DNA of 64,000 bases from Meyerozyma guilliermondii (GCA_051546255.1 CP128816.1:868001-932000), one strand, 5' to 3'; positions 30,618 through 41,075 are shown, counted from the stretch's first letter. The notes: a model not told the origin generated them from the sequence alone. Translations and numbers: made by a program.

Positions 30618-32003
30618 ATGAAGTGGTATTTTTTGGCTTCAATGGCAGCAGCTGCTGCTGTAGATAATTTTGCCTGGGGCGAAGCAATGGTAATTAATGA
30701 CGACTCGGCGTCACCACAAAATTCGGGTTCGTTTCTTGATTCGGTATATGGACCGTTAGTAGCGGCTGGTCTGCAGCAGCGATTGACCCCCAAAAACAAC
30801 GAGCCAGAAGCGATAGAGGCTCAATTGCTCGCACAGTTACAGGAAGTGACCGATTTTGCCTCTTTGGAAGTTTTGATGTCGCAAATGAAGAAAAAAAGTC
30901 GGACTAATCCAGAACAGATTCACGAAGACAGGTTCTATGAGAAGAGCCATGAAGCTTACCTCAAGTACCAAACGAAATTGAACCTTCCCGACGACGATGA
31001 AGTTTCGGACATTGTTGATGGGCGCAATTTGTTCGGTGGAATCGTCACTTTTGGTGGGTTTCCTCACTTTAACTGCTTTGACGATAAGCATCTTGATAAG
31101 AAAATTGATGTGGCAATTGTGGGCGCTCCCTTTGACACAGGAGTCCTGTTTCGTCCCGGAGCTCGGTTCGGACCCGATGCTATACGGCTGGCAGGCAAGC
31201 GGCTCGGAGGACTTACGCCGGAACGTAAACCGACCACGAAAAATCCATACGATCTTCGCACCCACAACGTCAGTATTGTTGACTGTGGAGATGTGCCTAT
31301 GACTCCTTTTGACAACCGAATTGCCTTGAATCAGTTGTACCGTGGCGAGCGAAAGATCCATAAGCACGATTCGTCGCTGGGACCCAAAATAATCACCATG
31401 GGCGGAGACCATACCATCACTCTCATGGCACTTCGGTCAGCATACGAAAAGTACGGAAAGGTTAGCGTTTTGCACTTTGACTCGCACATCGATACGTGGG
31501 ACCCCAAAGTGTTGGGAGGCGGAATCACCCATTATATGGCACTTAACCATGGAACTTTTCTTCACTATGCTGCGGAACAAGGCTACTTGAACGAAGGTCA
31601 ATGTCTCCACGTAGGCTTGCGGGCACCATATATTGATGCCAAATACGACCACGAGCACGATGCCGCTTGTGGGTTCCACTCAATTACCGCCAGGGACATC
31701 GATTCTATGGGAATACATGGTATCGTCAACAAGATTAAATCCACCGTTAAAGACACTCCGGTTTATATTTCTGTGGATATCGATGTTCTCGACCCAGCAA
31801 ATGCTCCTGGTACAGGAACCATGGAGATCGGCGGGTGGACGGGCCGGGAGCTTTTGAGTGTTCTAGATGGACTCAAAGGTATCAATTTGGTGGGGGCTGA
31901 TGTGGTGGAGGTGAGTCCTCCATACGACAGTAATAGCGATATTACTAGTTTGGCTGCTACCGCTGTTATCGACTCTTACTTGTGGCTTTTGGTAGATAAT
32001 TAG
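30618..32003 (+). CDS. Ureohydrolase (agmatinase/guanidinobutyrase-like) with N-terminal signal-peptide-like segment
   Basis: GAPFDTG..RPGARFGP, GGDHT, HFDSHIDT, NHGT, SVDIDVLDP..APGTGT and DVVEVSP Mn-binding motifs; aacATG at 30618 follows TATATA. Confidence 0.9.
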   Translation: MKWYFLASMAAAAAVDNFAWGEAMVINDDSASPQNSGSFLDSVYGPLVAAGLQQRLTPKNNEPEAIEAQLLAQLQEVTDFASLEVLMSQMKKKSRTNPEQIHEDRFYEKSHEAYLKYQTKLNLPDDDEVSDIVDGRNLFGGIVTFGGFPHFNCFDDKHLDKKIDVAIVGAPFDTGVLFRPGARFGPDAIRLAGKRLGGLTPERKPTTKNPYDLRTHNVSIVDCGDVPMTPFDNRIALNQLYRGERKIHKHDSSLGPKIITMGGDHTITLMALRSAYEKYGKVSVLHFDSHIDTWDPKVLGGGITHYMALNHGTFLHYAAEQGYLNEGQCLHVGLRAPYIDAKYDHEHDAACGFHSITARDIDSMGIHGIVNKIKSTVKDTPVYISVDIDVLDPANAPGTGTMEIGGWTGRELLSVLDGLKGINLVGADVVEVSPPYDSNSDITSLAATAVIDSYLWLLVDN

Positions 32004-32049
32004 ACAAATAATATGATCAATAAATTCAAAGAAAAGATGATCTATTTAT

Positions 32050-32092
32050 TGCAGCCGTTGGGTGCAGCCGTTGTGGTGCGGCCGTTGCAGCC
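32050..32092 (+). repeat. TGCAGCCGTTG short tandem repeat (~3.5 copies)
   Basis: Copies at 32050, 32063, 32077 (one mismatch) and a partial at 32086. Confidence 0.7.
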
Positions 32093-32180
32093 AATTTAGT
32101 CTGTTCCTGCACCGCGTTTGATTTTACCCGAACCAACACTGCCGCAGCCCGCCCGCCCCCAGTTCTAGACCGCCCCTGCG

Positions 32181-32194
32181 CGCGAAACGCGAAA
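32181..32194 (+). promoter_or_regulatory. Tandem SCB-like sites (CGCGAAA x2) upstream of the WSC gene
   Basis: CGCGAAACGCGAAA; SBF consensus CRCGAAA. Confidence 0.55.
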
Positions 32195-32474
32195 ACGATA
32201 AAAAAATAGATTACCACGAGCTTAAGAATTTTTTATACCCTTTCACACAACCACGGAACCCGTTCTTTAACAACCACAACCTGTTTGGTGCCTTTCCTTT
32301 CTTCCCACCAACAACTAGGACTCATTCGCTATACAACAACTTTCGCCCGTGAGTACTTTTTGCTGATTCCCCCATTTTGACTCGTCAAAGTCGATTTCTT
32401 TTTTTGTTCATTTCGTTGATCTTCATCGATTTCTTGCTGGTAGCGACCCGCCCGACGCATGGGCCTCAACTAGA

Positions 32475-33464
32475 ATGCGTTACTTAGCGTTTTTATTGTT
32501 CATATCGATGGCAACCGCCATCGAACTCGTGGGCTGTTATTCCAGTGTTGATACCTCAGATAGCCAGGGTACACAGCAGTACCAAACCAGCTCGTTATGT
32601 GCGCTGAGCTGTCCCGATTCGCCGTATATAGCTCTCAAAAACGGTGACGAGTGTTACTGTTTGAGCAAAAAACCATCTGGTTCGAGTCTGGCGAGCGGCT
32701 GTAATGTTGGCTGTTTTGGCTTCGGATCTCAAATGTGTGGTGGTTCAAGCGCCTACAGTGTCTACACCGGCAACGGCAGTGCTTCGGACGACACTTCCGA
32801 AACCGCCTCAGCTTCCGAAACCTCTTCGTCGTCTCAAACGTCGTCGTCGTCTGCAAGCTCCACCACAAGTTCAAAATCCAAATCTTCGTCCCCTTCCGCA
32901 TCAGCTACATCGGAAACGGCTCAAGAAGTGACCTCTACGCGAAGCCAGGACGGCAGCGTGGTCGTCAAGACGGTGACGGCACTGGCGTCCGCTACGTCTA
33001 GTTCGTCAGCATCCAAATCAACGTCATCGCCCCTGGCTTCCTCGTCGTCAGGCGCCCAGAAAAAAGAGTCTGGAGGCACCAAGGTAGGACCAATAGTCGG
33101 TGGTGTCGTTGGCGGTGTGGCTGCGATCGTAATTGTGTCGCTTATAGCCTTCTTCCTTGTTCGCAAGCGCAGACAAGACGAAGACCACGATGAGGAAGAA
33201 TTCTACGACAAACCCGAAATGGCTCGCGGAGGAACCAACAAACTGAAACGTAGTAAGCCTGCTTCGCCATTGGACCGGCCTATGTCTAATCCATTCACTG
33301 ATCCCTCGGAAGCCATGGTGGCTGCGGGAGGTGGAAAACTGGGATTAGTTGATCCTCGTCTCAATCCTATGATGATGGGCAGAAGACGATTATCCGAAGG
33401 CTCATTGGCAGATGAGACAGATTACTCCCGAAAAATACTCCAGGTAGCCAACCCGGATAATTGA
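32475..33464 (+). CDS. WSC-family cell-wall integrity sensor (Wsc1/Slg1-like)
   Basis: Signal peptide, Cys-rich WSC domain, Ser/Thr stalk, single TM helix (IVGGVVGGV), C-terminal DYSRKILQVANPD. Confidence 0.9.
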   Translation: MRYLAFLLFISMATAIELVGCYSSVDTSDSQGTQQYQTSSLCALSCPDSPYIALKNGDECYCLSKKPSGSSLASGCNVGCFGFGSQMCGGSSAYSVYTGNGSASDDTSETASASETSSSSQTSSSSASSTTSSKSKSSSPSASATSETAQEVTSTRSQDGSVVVKTVTALASATSSSSASKSTSSPLASSSSGAQKKESGGTKVGPIVGGVVGGVAAIVIVSLIAFFLVRKRRQDEDHDEEEFYDKPEMARGGTNKLKRSKPASPLDRPMSNPFTDPSEAMVAAGGGKLGLVDPRLNPMMMGRRRLSEGSLADETDYSRKILQVANPDN

Positions 33465-33582
33465 TGTAGTTTAATGAAATGATTTATATATGGCTCACGC
33501 TTTGTAGTGTGCACATGGGCCGATAATCTCGCGCCCGGTGTATCAATCGCAAACTCCCGATATATTTTATAACCTCCGTCAA

Positions 33583-35172
33583 ATGAAGGACTTTCCCAAC
33601 TATGAGAAAAGCGTCCATGAAGGTCTCCAGCATATCTACGACACCCTCTTGTCATTGAAAAACAATCGTGCTCATTATATTAGTCTGAAGCAAGTGTACA
33701 CGATTTATGATCAATTTCTCACCTTCTTGAAAGATTTAAGAGTGGCAAGAAAGGATGAAGAACTCAAGGGGATGACATTAAACCTTCCTAACGTCAACGA
33801 TAAACTCATAGATGACATTTGGCAACTTGTTTCTTTGTGTTTCGTTACTTGTGGTCTCACAAAATTTGCCCCCGCAACCTACTCTTCACTCTCCACCGTC
33901 TATAAACTTCTTCTTCATCTCAAGGGATGCCAGGTGTACACTAAGGCGGATCTCAAGCCCATAAATCACCGGCTTGACGAAATCCGCCAGATTTTGGACC
34001 AAAGTTACCAAGACGACGAACAGGAAGAGAACTCCAACCGAAGCGAAGAGTACCTTTTACTCCGTTATAAGCTCAAGAAATGCCAGGACCTTTACTCCGA
34101 ATTGGAGGCAGCCATCAAGCTGATTCCCACAGACCTCCAACCGGTTTATAGCGAGTTGTTGGCGATTCGTAAAGGTCTTCTCAACTATGTCACTGCCGCG
34201 GAACCCGACGAGGCTACACTCTCGGAGCTCAAAGACCGTCTTAAGAAGGTGGAACAGCAACGTGATGAAGAAGGAAAATTCCACTCTGAGCTTGTCAGTG
34301 CCGGCAAATTATTGCCCAACCAGATGGTGTTGGATGGATTATTGGACGATTGTAACAATATTATCAATGATTTATCGGTGGAGAAAAACAAAGATATCAA
34401 CAGTCTTTTCGAAAAATTATCGCTCAGCGATGAAGACAAGGATGCAGTTACCAAGCTCAAAAGCATGTATTGGCGTCTTTTGGATATAAAGCAGACTCTC
34501 GAAAGCTTACTCGTAACCAGAAGATGGACGCTTCGTGAAACGGATTTGTACACTTACCAAAAACATTTGAAGGAGATCGAAGAAGAGCGAACCGCCCTCG
34601 AATTGACCCCTGCTACTCAGAAAGACAAGAACGTCAAGAAACTTCAAATTGTCATTATTTATCTCTTGCGAAGATGTTACTCACTCATTTACAAGCTCCT
34701 TGAATCCCTGGAGCCAGTGCTGGAGTCGCTTCAGCCCATACATAACCAATTGCTGACGGTAAGGCGGTGCTTGCTTGAATTGAAAAGGATTGACGGACTC
34801 AACAATTTGCGAGAATTATATCCGTTTCAATTTAAATTGGCATCTCTTGACAACCTTCGTCGGGATGGAAAGTTCATTGTCAACAATCAAATACCAGAGG
34901 GCCAGGGAACATTGAATGCGTTACTTGCAGAGTGCTTTGATATATTGCATGAGTTGAAAATTGAACTTGAAGAAAAGGAGGATAATAGAAACAGTTCCGA
35001 AGAAGATGTCACCGACGAAGAAGACAAGATGAGCGACGACGAAGTCGAATTGAAACGCAGCCGGTTTGTGGGGTTCAACGAAGCAGACTACGATCGAGCG
35101 TCGCAGTCATCGTGTGTAAGTGATTCTGAATACGTGAGCGACTCTGAGTATGAAGGCAATGACTACTATTAA
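33583..35172 (+). CDS. UPF0662/DUF2408 protein (YPL260W-like)
   Basis: SLCFVTCGLTKFAPATYSSLSTV, LLVTRRWTLRETDLY, YLLRRCY, IPEGQG.LN.LLAECF. Confidence 0.8.
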   Translation: MKDFPNYEKSVHEGLQHIYDTLLSLKNNRAHYISLKQVYTIYDQFLTFLKDLRVARKDEELKGMTLNLPNVNDKLIDDIWQLVSLCFVTCGLTKFAPATYSSLSTVYKLLLHLKGCQVYTKADLKPINHRLDEIRQILDQSYQDDEQEENSNRSEEYLLLRYKLKKCQDLYSELEAAIKLIPTDLQPVYSELLAIRKGLLNYVTAAEPDEATLSELKDRLKKVEQQRDEEGKFHSELVSAGKLLPNQMVLDGLLDDCNNIINDLSVEKNKDINSLFEKLSLSDEDKDAVTKLKSMYWRLLDIKQTLESLLVTRRWTLRETDLYTYQKHLKEIEEERTALELTPATQKDKNVKKLQIVIIYLLRRCYSLIYKLLESLEPVLESLQPIHNQLLTVRRCLLELKRIDGLNNLRELYPFQFKLASLDNLRRDGKFIVNNQIPEGQGTLNALLAECFDILHELKIELEEKEDNRNSSEEDVTDEEDKMSDDEVELKRSRFVGFNEADYDRASQSSCVSDSEYVSDSEYEGNDYY

Positions 35173-35995
35173 TGTACATAGAGAATAGAATTAGAGTGAT
35201 GAGAATCACAAGTTATACCGCTTTGGTGCTCGGCATATCGAATCAAGAGAGTATAACGGTGATGAGAGTGTCAATTTGCAGCCAATTGAAAATCATAGAT
35301 TACAACAAGAGAACGGAAGTTTCTCATACTAGCACATTTTTCTCTCAAACTTGGGTCCAAAGAACATTGGGAAATGCTTCAAAGATCAATGTTCATTGCT
35401 AGTTTTAACCATCAAGGTCAATAATCATTATATGACAAATATGATGTGGACCTAATTGGCGTAGATTAATGAAATTTGGGTTTATCGTAATTGTACGTAA
35501 CCTCATTAAACTCTGTAAAGATGACAGAAAAATGACTTAATGAGGGTCTTCACTTATCTATTAAGAACTTGTGCGATAATTGCCAGAAATTATGACGAGG
35601 TACATGAATGTGATCCAAAGTTCAATGACTTGTTCCAATCAGTACAGGCTTTCTTAAAAGCAGGAGAGTCACTTTTTAAGTTTTTTCAAATTTTGGTTAT
35701 TTGAACTTTTTAGGTATTTTAAAATGTCAACCAATCAAGACATTCAGTTGAAAATTGTTTCCAACTCTAATTAAAGCCTACCTTAAGCTTCACTGATTAG
35801 AGAGTAAACTCCATGCACGAGCTTGGCTAGACGCCCATTTTCCCAGTCTTATGGTGGCTGCTGGCTAAATGCGAGTCGGTATACTCTTTGGTGTGCGGGT
35901 AACCGCGCGGTTAATTCATCTCGCCCTTCGCCGCTCAACTTACCGCATAGTAGCAATTATTTCCATCGTTGTTCGTTTGATATATATCGTTGGTA

Positions 35996-36949
35996 ATGGC
36001 TACAGGGTATAACTGGGTTCCAGAAAAATACTTGGAGCTGAAAAGCAAACACAAATATGGCGATATTCTCCAGAAATCAGACTCGTTTAAACATGACCTT
36101 GGAAATTCATTTCGCAAAAGACGCCACGACGACGACTACGGCAAGGTTGGAAAGCCTCAGTCACAACCAACGAGACCAATACAACGAAGCAAGCGCATAA
36201 AAACCCCAAAAATTATCGGTCAGGCTCTCCCGGTATCTCGGGTAGTGGAAGTACTTGACCACCGGTCACTCCAACAACTTCTTACAAAGCTTTTAACTAT
36301 TCATCCCGAGGTTGCCACTACCATCAACAAGCTCTCGCCGCGACCAGAACTCAAAGACTGCTTGGAAACATTGAGAGAACGATTTGATGAAATCATCAAC
36401 CACTTGCCATACAAATGCGATGTGGAATCCGACTACTCTTATTTGAGGGTTAAACCACACTTGAACGAATTTCTCAGCTGCCTCTCCGATCTCACGTTAA
36501 GTTTTCTCCCACCGATAGAAGTTAACACCCTCCAATCTTTGACATTCCTCGATTATGTCACCAGTCTCATTCATCAACTCCCAAACTTTGCCAATACCGA
36601 GTTCCAGTATACTAAGGTCCAGGCGTACGACCAGCTAGCAAACACATGGATCATTGCATTCAATCACTCTTTGAACGACGAGGATTGTCAGGAAGTAGCA
36701 TCGACCAAAGATGCAAAGGTAGAGTCGTTGTCCAAGATTGTAAAGATGATCGAGGACAATGACTTGATCAACAAACTCGAGAAACACAACGACCTCTCTC
36801 AGGGCAAGTTTCGCATGGTCATAGAGTTGGTAAAGGCAACGGTGGACAACTACGAGTCGTTATCCGAAAGTTTGCGTGCCAAATCGTTGCTTGGCGATAT
36901 GTTCACTGTGGACTACTCCAACTTTGTTGCTGCCCAATCGCTCAACTAA
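35996..36949 (+). CDS. STS1: Proteasome nuclear tethering factor Sts1/Cut8
   Basis: RKRR NLS, IIGQALPVSR..E.LD, LPYK, DYSYLRVK, FLPP.E, LPNF.N. Confidence 0.88.
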   Translation: MATGYNWVPEKYLELKSKHKYGDILQKSDSFKHDLGNSFRKRRHDDDYGKVGKPQSQPTRPIQRSKRIKTPKIIGQALPVSRVVEVLDHRSLQQLLTKLLTIHPEVATTINKLSPRPELKDCLETLRERFDEIINHLPYKCDVESDYSYLRVKPHLNEFLSCLSDLTLSFLPPIEVNTLQSLTFLDYVTSLIHQLPNFANTEFQYTKVQAYDQLANTWIIAFNHSLNDEDCQEVASTKDAKVESLSKIVKMIEDNDLINKLEKHNDLSQGKFRMVIELVKATVDNYESLSESLRAKSLLGDMFTVDYSNFVAAQSLN

Positions 36950-37091
36950 TTGCTCAACTAAATCCTTTCCTGGCAATAAACTTCTGCATTTCTCTGCTCT
37001 GCGCCGAGACCTATTCATTATGTGTATGGACACACATCCACCTGTTGATCAGTATACTTGTACGTCTGAATAATACACAGCTACTTTTTAT

Positions 37092-38654
37092 CTACTTAAA
37101 TCTCGCCAATGCCGGCCCGAGCAAGTCCTTTTCTTCGGGTATACCCTTGAATTCTCTGTGTCTTCTTTGTCTAGCATCTTTCTCAACCTTCAAGTTCTTC
37201 TCGATTCTTAACTTGCGTTCGTCAATGACATTTTGTCGTTTCTTCCTCATATGTTTTCTCAAGGCGGAGTTCTTCCCCTTGACATCAGCCCTTATATCCA
37301 TCTTCTTCTCTCCATTATTCTTGATATCGTCAATTTGTCCTGGACCCAATCGTATGCTACTGGCCCTCTTATCAACAGTTCCAATCACATTTGGATCCAA
37401 AGAGATGGTATCAGGAGCCAACTTGTTGATCAATGATCTGACTTCCTGCTGTTGTCTTTGCTTGGCAGTTTCGTATGGGTTGAGTTCCAAAGCATCAAAG
37501 TTGGCTTCACCAGCACCAGGCGCAATAATAGAAGAAAACCCATGTTGATGGCCGATGCCTAAAACATCCTCAAACGGAACAAAACAAGCCTTTTCTACCT
37601 TTGAGCCTGGTAACAAGTGGTTCATATAGGGGTCTTTTTGCTTGTTCTTGAACACATTTTTCCAAATGGTAACATGACTGCTCCATCCAACCGAGAGCAA
37701 ACCGTTATCGGAAATGTCCAAAGAGCTTGCTGGAGTTGGCGTATAGTAACTGTCGACTTCAGAGAGCTTCCTCAAGTCCCATATTTTCAAAGACTTATCC
37801 ATACCGGCTACTGCCATGTATTTTCCCTCTCTGTCAATTGCAAGGTCTCGTACTGGACCTCTCGATGCTTGAATCTTCACTAATGGTGTTGACATATTTG
37901 GACTCCAAAGAGACACTGTTCCATTTCCATGGCCCAAGTGCATCACTGCGTTCCATGGGTTTTGTTTCATGGCTTGTGTGGGACCCAATTTAGTTCTCAA
38001 TTCACTGACCAAGTCACCAGTCGAGACATCGTGGTATTTGAGATATCCCGTATTTCCTGCCGTAGCAAGGAGAAAATGATATGGAAGGAAGTCGAGTAAT
38101 GTGGCTTCGATGTGCTGTTTGAGACGGTGAAGTTCAGTACCGGTTTTGTCGTAAATGAAAGTATACTTCTTTTGTGCAACAGCATAGTATTGGTCATTGT
38201 GCAAGGATTTTATAGCATGACAGGTCTCATTAACATAATGCTCGCTACTGATGGCTCCTTTTCGCCAGTCGAGTGATGCAATGTGTCCTTTTTTTCCAAC
38301 TAGAAGCAATTCTCGTCCATTTCGCAGGTAGTCCAAGTTATAAGGTCCAAACTCAGGAAGCTTCAAATCAAATTTTTTATTGGCAGTACCCTGGTCTACA
38401 GCGTCTGCTAGTTCATTTTGCTTGAATTTGAACGTTTTTTCCATAGGACCCTCGGCTTCCAAGAAACCGGCCTCTTCTTGCAACAAGATGTCAGTACCGG
38501 CCGCGGCTCGAACCGCCTCCTTATACTGACGATCGACTTTTTTGAGCCCGGCATTCAACTTCTTATCTTTACTATAGTGCTTCTTCAGCGTCCCCCTTTC
38601 GAATTTTTCCGTATTGGGCCGCTCATGGCTGCCCATTTTACCTGTAAGTGCCAT
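37092..38654 (-). CDS. UTP7: U3 snoRNP WD40/BING4 protein Utp7
   Basis: GFLEAEG, AVAQKKY.FIYD, FLPYHFLL, NPWNAVMHLGH.NG.V, PGAGEANFDALE.NPYE, LGPALARF. Confidence 0.95.
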   Translation of the reverse strand: MALTGKMGSHERPNTEKFERGTLKKHYSKDKKLNAGLKKVDRQYKEAVRAAAGTDILLQEEAGFLEAEGPMEKTFKFKQNELADAVDQGTANKKFDLKLPEFGPYNLDYLRNGRELLLVGKKGHIASLDWRKGAISSEHYVNETCHAIKSLHNDQYYAVAQKKYTFIYDKTGTELHRLKQHIEATLLDFLPYHFLLATAGNTGYLKYHDVSTGDLVSELRTKLGPTQAMKQNPWNAVMHLGHGNGTVSLWSPNMSTPLVKIQASRGPVRDLAIDREGKYMAVAGMDKSLKIWDLRKLSEVDSYYTPTPASSLDISDNGLLSVGWSSHVTIWKNVFKNKQKDPYMNHLLPGSKVEKACFVPFEDVLGIGHQHGFSSIIAPGAGEANFDALELNPYETAKQRQQQEVRSLINKLAPDTISLDPNVIGTVDKRASSIRLGPGQIDDIKNNGEKKMDIRADVKGKNSALRKHMRKKRQNVIDERKLRIEKNLKVEKDARQRRHREFKGIPEEKDLLGPALARFK

Positions 38655-38695
38655 TACTTAAGTTCACTTGAATTCAATAGATTCAAATCTGCGAA

Positions 38696-38703
38696 GCGAT
38701 GAG
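38696..38703. promoter_or_regulatory. PAC element (GCGATGAG) upstream of UTP7
   Basis: Exact PAC consensus ~40 bp from the ATG of a ribosome-biogenesis gene. Confidence 0.75.
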
Positions 38704-38951
38704 ATGCGGTACTGCATAAAACACACCGAAGACATGCCAACACAAAGTCGGTTTGAATCGATTATGATCAAAGAGAATGTACTTTTACCTTTACTTGAGA
38801 AGATAAGTACACTTTCACACACTGAGAAGTCAATCAACATCTGTTTTAGCTACATAATTGTACCCCATTTTCCCATTTTGCACCCATTCTCACACCCATA
38901 CACCAACCAACTTAAATCATTCGGTGCCGATTAACATCCTAAACTCTCACT

Positions 38952-40190
38952 ATGTCAAAAGCTGCTCGTGTTTTGAAGTCCACTTTTGGTCTGCAGGTGG
39001 CTGTGGTTGCGGCCACACTTGGGCTAGCTACCGGGGCCTATTATGTAGCAGACTCGAAATCGGCAATTCATGAGTACGTTTTTTGTCCTCTCATTCGTTC
39101 GGTGACAGATGCCGAAGAGGGTCATCGTCTTGGTATTTTCCTCATGAAGTATGGTTTATGTCCATGGGAGTTTGAAAAACCTGGCAGGGAAAAAATCCTC
39201 GGAGTAAATGTGTTGGGTACTCGGTTATCTTCGCCGATTGGGTTGGCAGCTGGGTTGGATAAAGACGGAGAAGCCATTGATTCTTTGTTTGATACTGGGT
39301 TTTCGTATGTGGAAATCGGGTCAATTACCCCAGAGCCTCAACCTGGTAACCCAAAACCGCGATTTTTTAGGTTACCTCGTGACGAAGCCGTTATCAATCG
39401 GTACGGCTTCAACTCGTCTGGTCACTTTAATGTGTTGTCTACACTCAAAATGCGGTTTGCCAAGCTTTTCTACCGGTCAGAAAACCAGGAAGCCAACTCG
39501 TTCCGCCCGGGAAAACTCTTGGGTATCAATCTCGGAAAAAATAAGTTTGGTGATGAAGTTGAAGATTATGTCAAGGGAGTGTCGAGATTAGGACCTTATG
39601 CTGATGTGTTAGTGGTCAATGTCTCGTCTCCTAACACCCCTGGGCTTCGAGACCTTCAGTCTGAGGGAAAGCTCACAAACTTGCTCTCGACTGTGGTTCA
39701 AGAGCGTAATGCTGTAGGAAAGAATATGGTGGGTAAGGTACCATCAGTACTTGTCAAAGTTGCTCCAGATTTGACTGAGCCTGAAATCGAGTCCATTGCC
39801 AACTCTGCCATCCAGGCAAAAGTCGATGGAATTATCATCTCGAACACAACGATCCAAAGACCTACCCAGTCTCTACTTACTACCGACTCCAATCTCATAA
39901 ATCAAACTGGAGGATTATCTGGCAAACCCTTGAAACCACTTTCGCTCAAGGCACTTCGCACTCTACACAAGTACACCAAGGACAGTAATCTTGTACTTGT
40001 TGGTTGCGGTGGTGTATCTTCAGGAAAAGATGTACTCGAATTTGGTAAAGCAGGTGCTTCCATTGTACAATTATATACTGCTTTTGCTTACCGTGGGCCA
40101 GGTCTTCCGCTGAAAATTAAGGACGAGCTTGTGGAGGAGTTGCAGAAGGAGGGCAAGACATGGCAGGAGATAATCGGAACGGGAAATTAA
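38952..40190 (+). CDS. URA9: Class 2 (quinone-linked, mitochondrial) dihydroorotate dehydrogenase
   Basis: Presequence plus TM helix; [54 protein letters not shown]. Confidence 0.93.
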   Translation: MSKAARVLKSTFGLQVAVVAATLGLATGAYYVADSKSAIHEYVFCPLIRSVTDAEEGHRLGIFLMKYGLCPWEFEKPGREKILGVNVLGTRLSSPIGLAAGLDKDGEAIDSLFDTGFSYVEIGSITPEPQPGNPKPRFFRLPRDEAVINRYGFNSSGHFNVLSTLKMRFAKLFYRSENQEANSFRPGKLLGINLGKNKFGDEVEDYVKGVSRLGPYADVLVVNVSSPNTPGLRDLQSEGKLTNLLSTVVQERNAVGKNMVGKVPSVLVKVAPDLTEPEIESIANSAIQAKVDGIIISNTTIQRPTQSLLTTDSNLINQTGGLSGKPLKPLSLKALRTLHKYTKDSNLVLVGCGGVSSGKDVLEFGKAGASIVQLYTAFAYRGPGLPLKIKDELVEELQKEGKTWQEIIGTGN

Positions 40191-40451
40191 TTTTGGACAG
40201 AAATTGATTTTGGAGAGAAATGCTGAGCGGCTGCGAAAGATGAGACTAAAAAAAGAAGGGAGGGAAATGCCTTACAGTATAAACAGTAGGGTCAGTAAAC
40301 AGTGGTCTGAACAAGAAGATGTCATCTTTGTCTGTTACAATGTTGGCTTTATATCATATATCTGAAACGCTCTATATCGAAAGCTCTATAAGTGACTGCA
40401 TATAACTGTCGCATATAATCTTCTCATTAAATCTTCTTTGTTTACGCGACC

Positions 40452-41075
40452 ATGGTGTTACTGCATCCTTCAACCCCCAATTCCCAGCACAAAAAATCAA
40501 ACCGCAGGCACCTGAGGCGATCTTCGGGTATATACGGTATTCTTCCTCAATCCCCAAAAGTCCATTATGCAGTAGATGCAGAAAACTTGCCGCTAGATAG
40601 TGCAACTAACAGAGACAGATTCGGACAACTTTCCGATGCCATGGAAGAATTGGATGTCAATATGACCAATCTCCAGCAGATCCACGAAGCCATGTCTGGT
40701 GGATTCAACGAGTCATTTGCTGCTTTCCTTTATGGACTTAATATCACCACCTGGTGTGTAGACTTTCCTGGATGTCCAACCCGCGATCAATGGCAACGAA
40801 TACAGAAGCTTGATGGCATTGACAATCGAGTGGCATTGCTCCAGGAGCAAATTGAAGAGTTACGCCAGGAAAACTCCCGTCTACGTGCCAAAATATCTGC
40901 CACTGAAAGCAATCATACCACAACGGTCAGCGCTGGTAGCAGCCGTAACGAAGAGACAAGATTGCCACAACGGGGTGCAGTACGCAAGCCTGTGGGACGA
41001 AATAAACCTAATTTGAACCAGCCGCCTCGGTACATGAAAGACTTGTTTGAACTGAAGATACCCCGGAGAAAGTAG
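40452..41075 (+). CDS. DAM1: DASH/Dam1 complex subunit Dam1
   Basis: LSDAMEELD.NM..LQ.IH.....FNESFA.FLYGL....WCVDFP..P; close to SHY1 as in S. cerevisiae. Confidence 0.85.
   Translation: MVLLHPSTPNSQHKKSNRRHLRRSSGIYGILPQSPKVHYAVDAENLPLDSATNRDRFGQLSDAMEELDVNMTNLQQIHEAMSGGFNESFAAFLYGLNITTWCVDFPGCPTRDQWQRIQKLDGIDNRVALLQEQIEELRQENSRLRAKISATESNHTTTVSAGSSRNEETRLPQRGAVRKPVGRNKPNLNQPPRYMKDLFELKIPRRK

Noticed and set aside
35195..35270. Two GTGATGAGA box-C-like motifs with a 7-bp stem between them (possible C/D snoRNA)
   Set aside because: No suitably placed CTGA box D or recognisable rRNA guide
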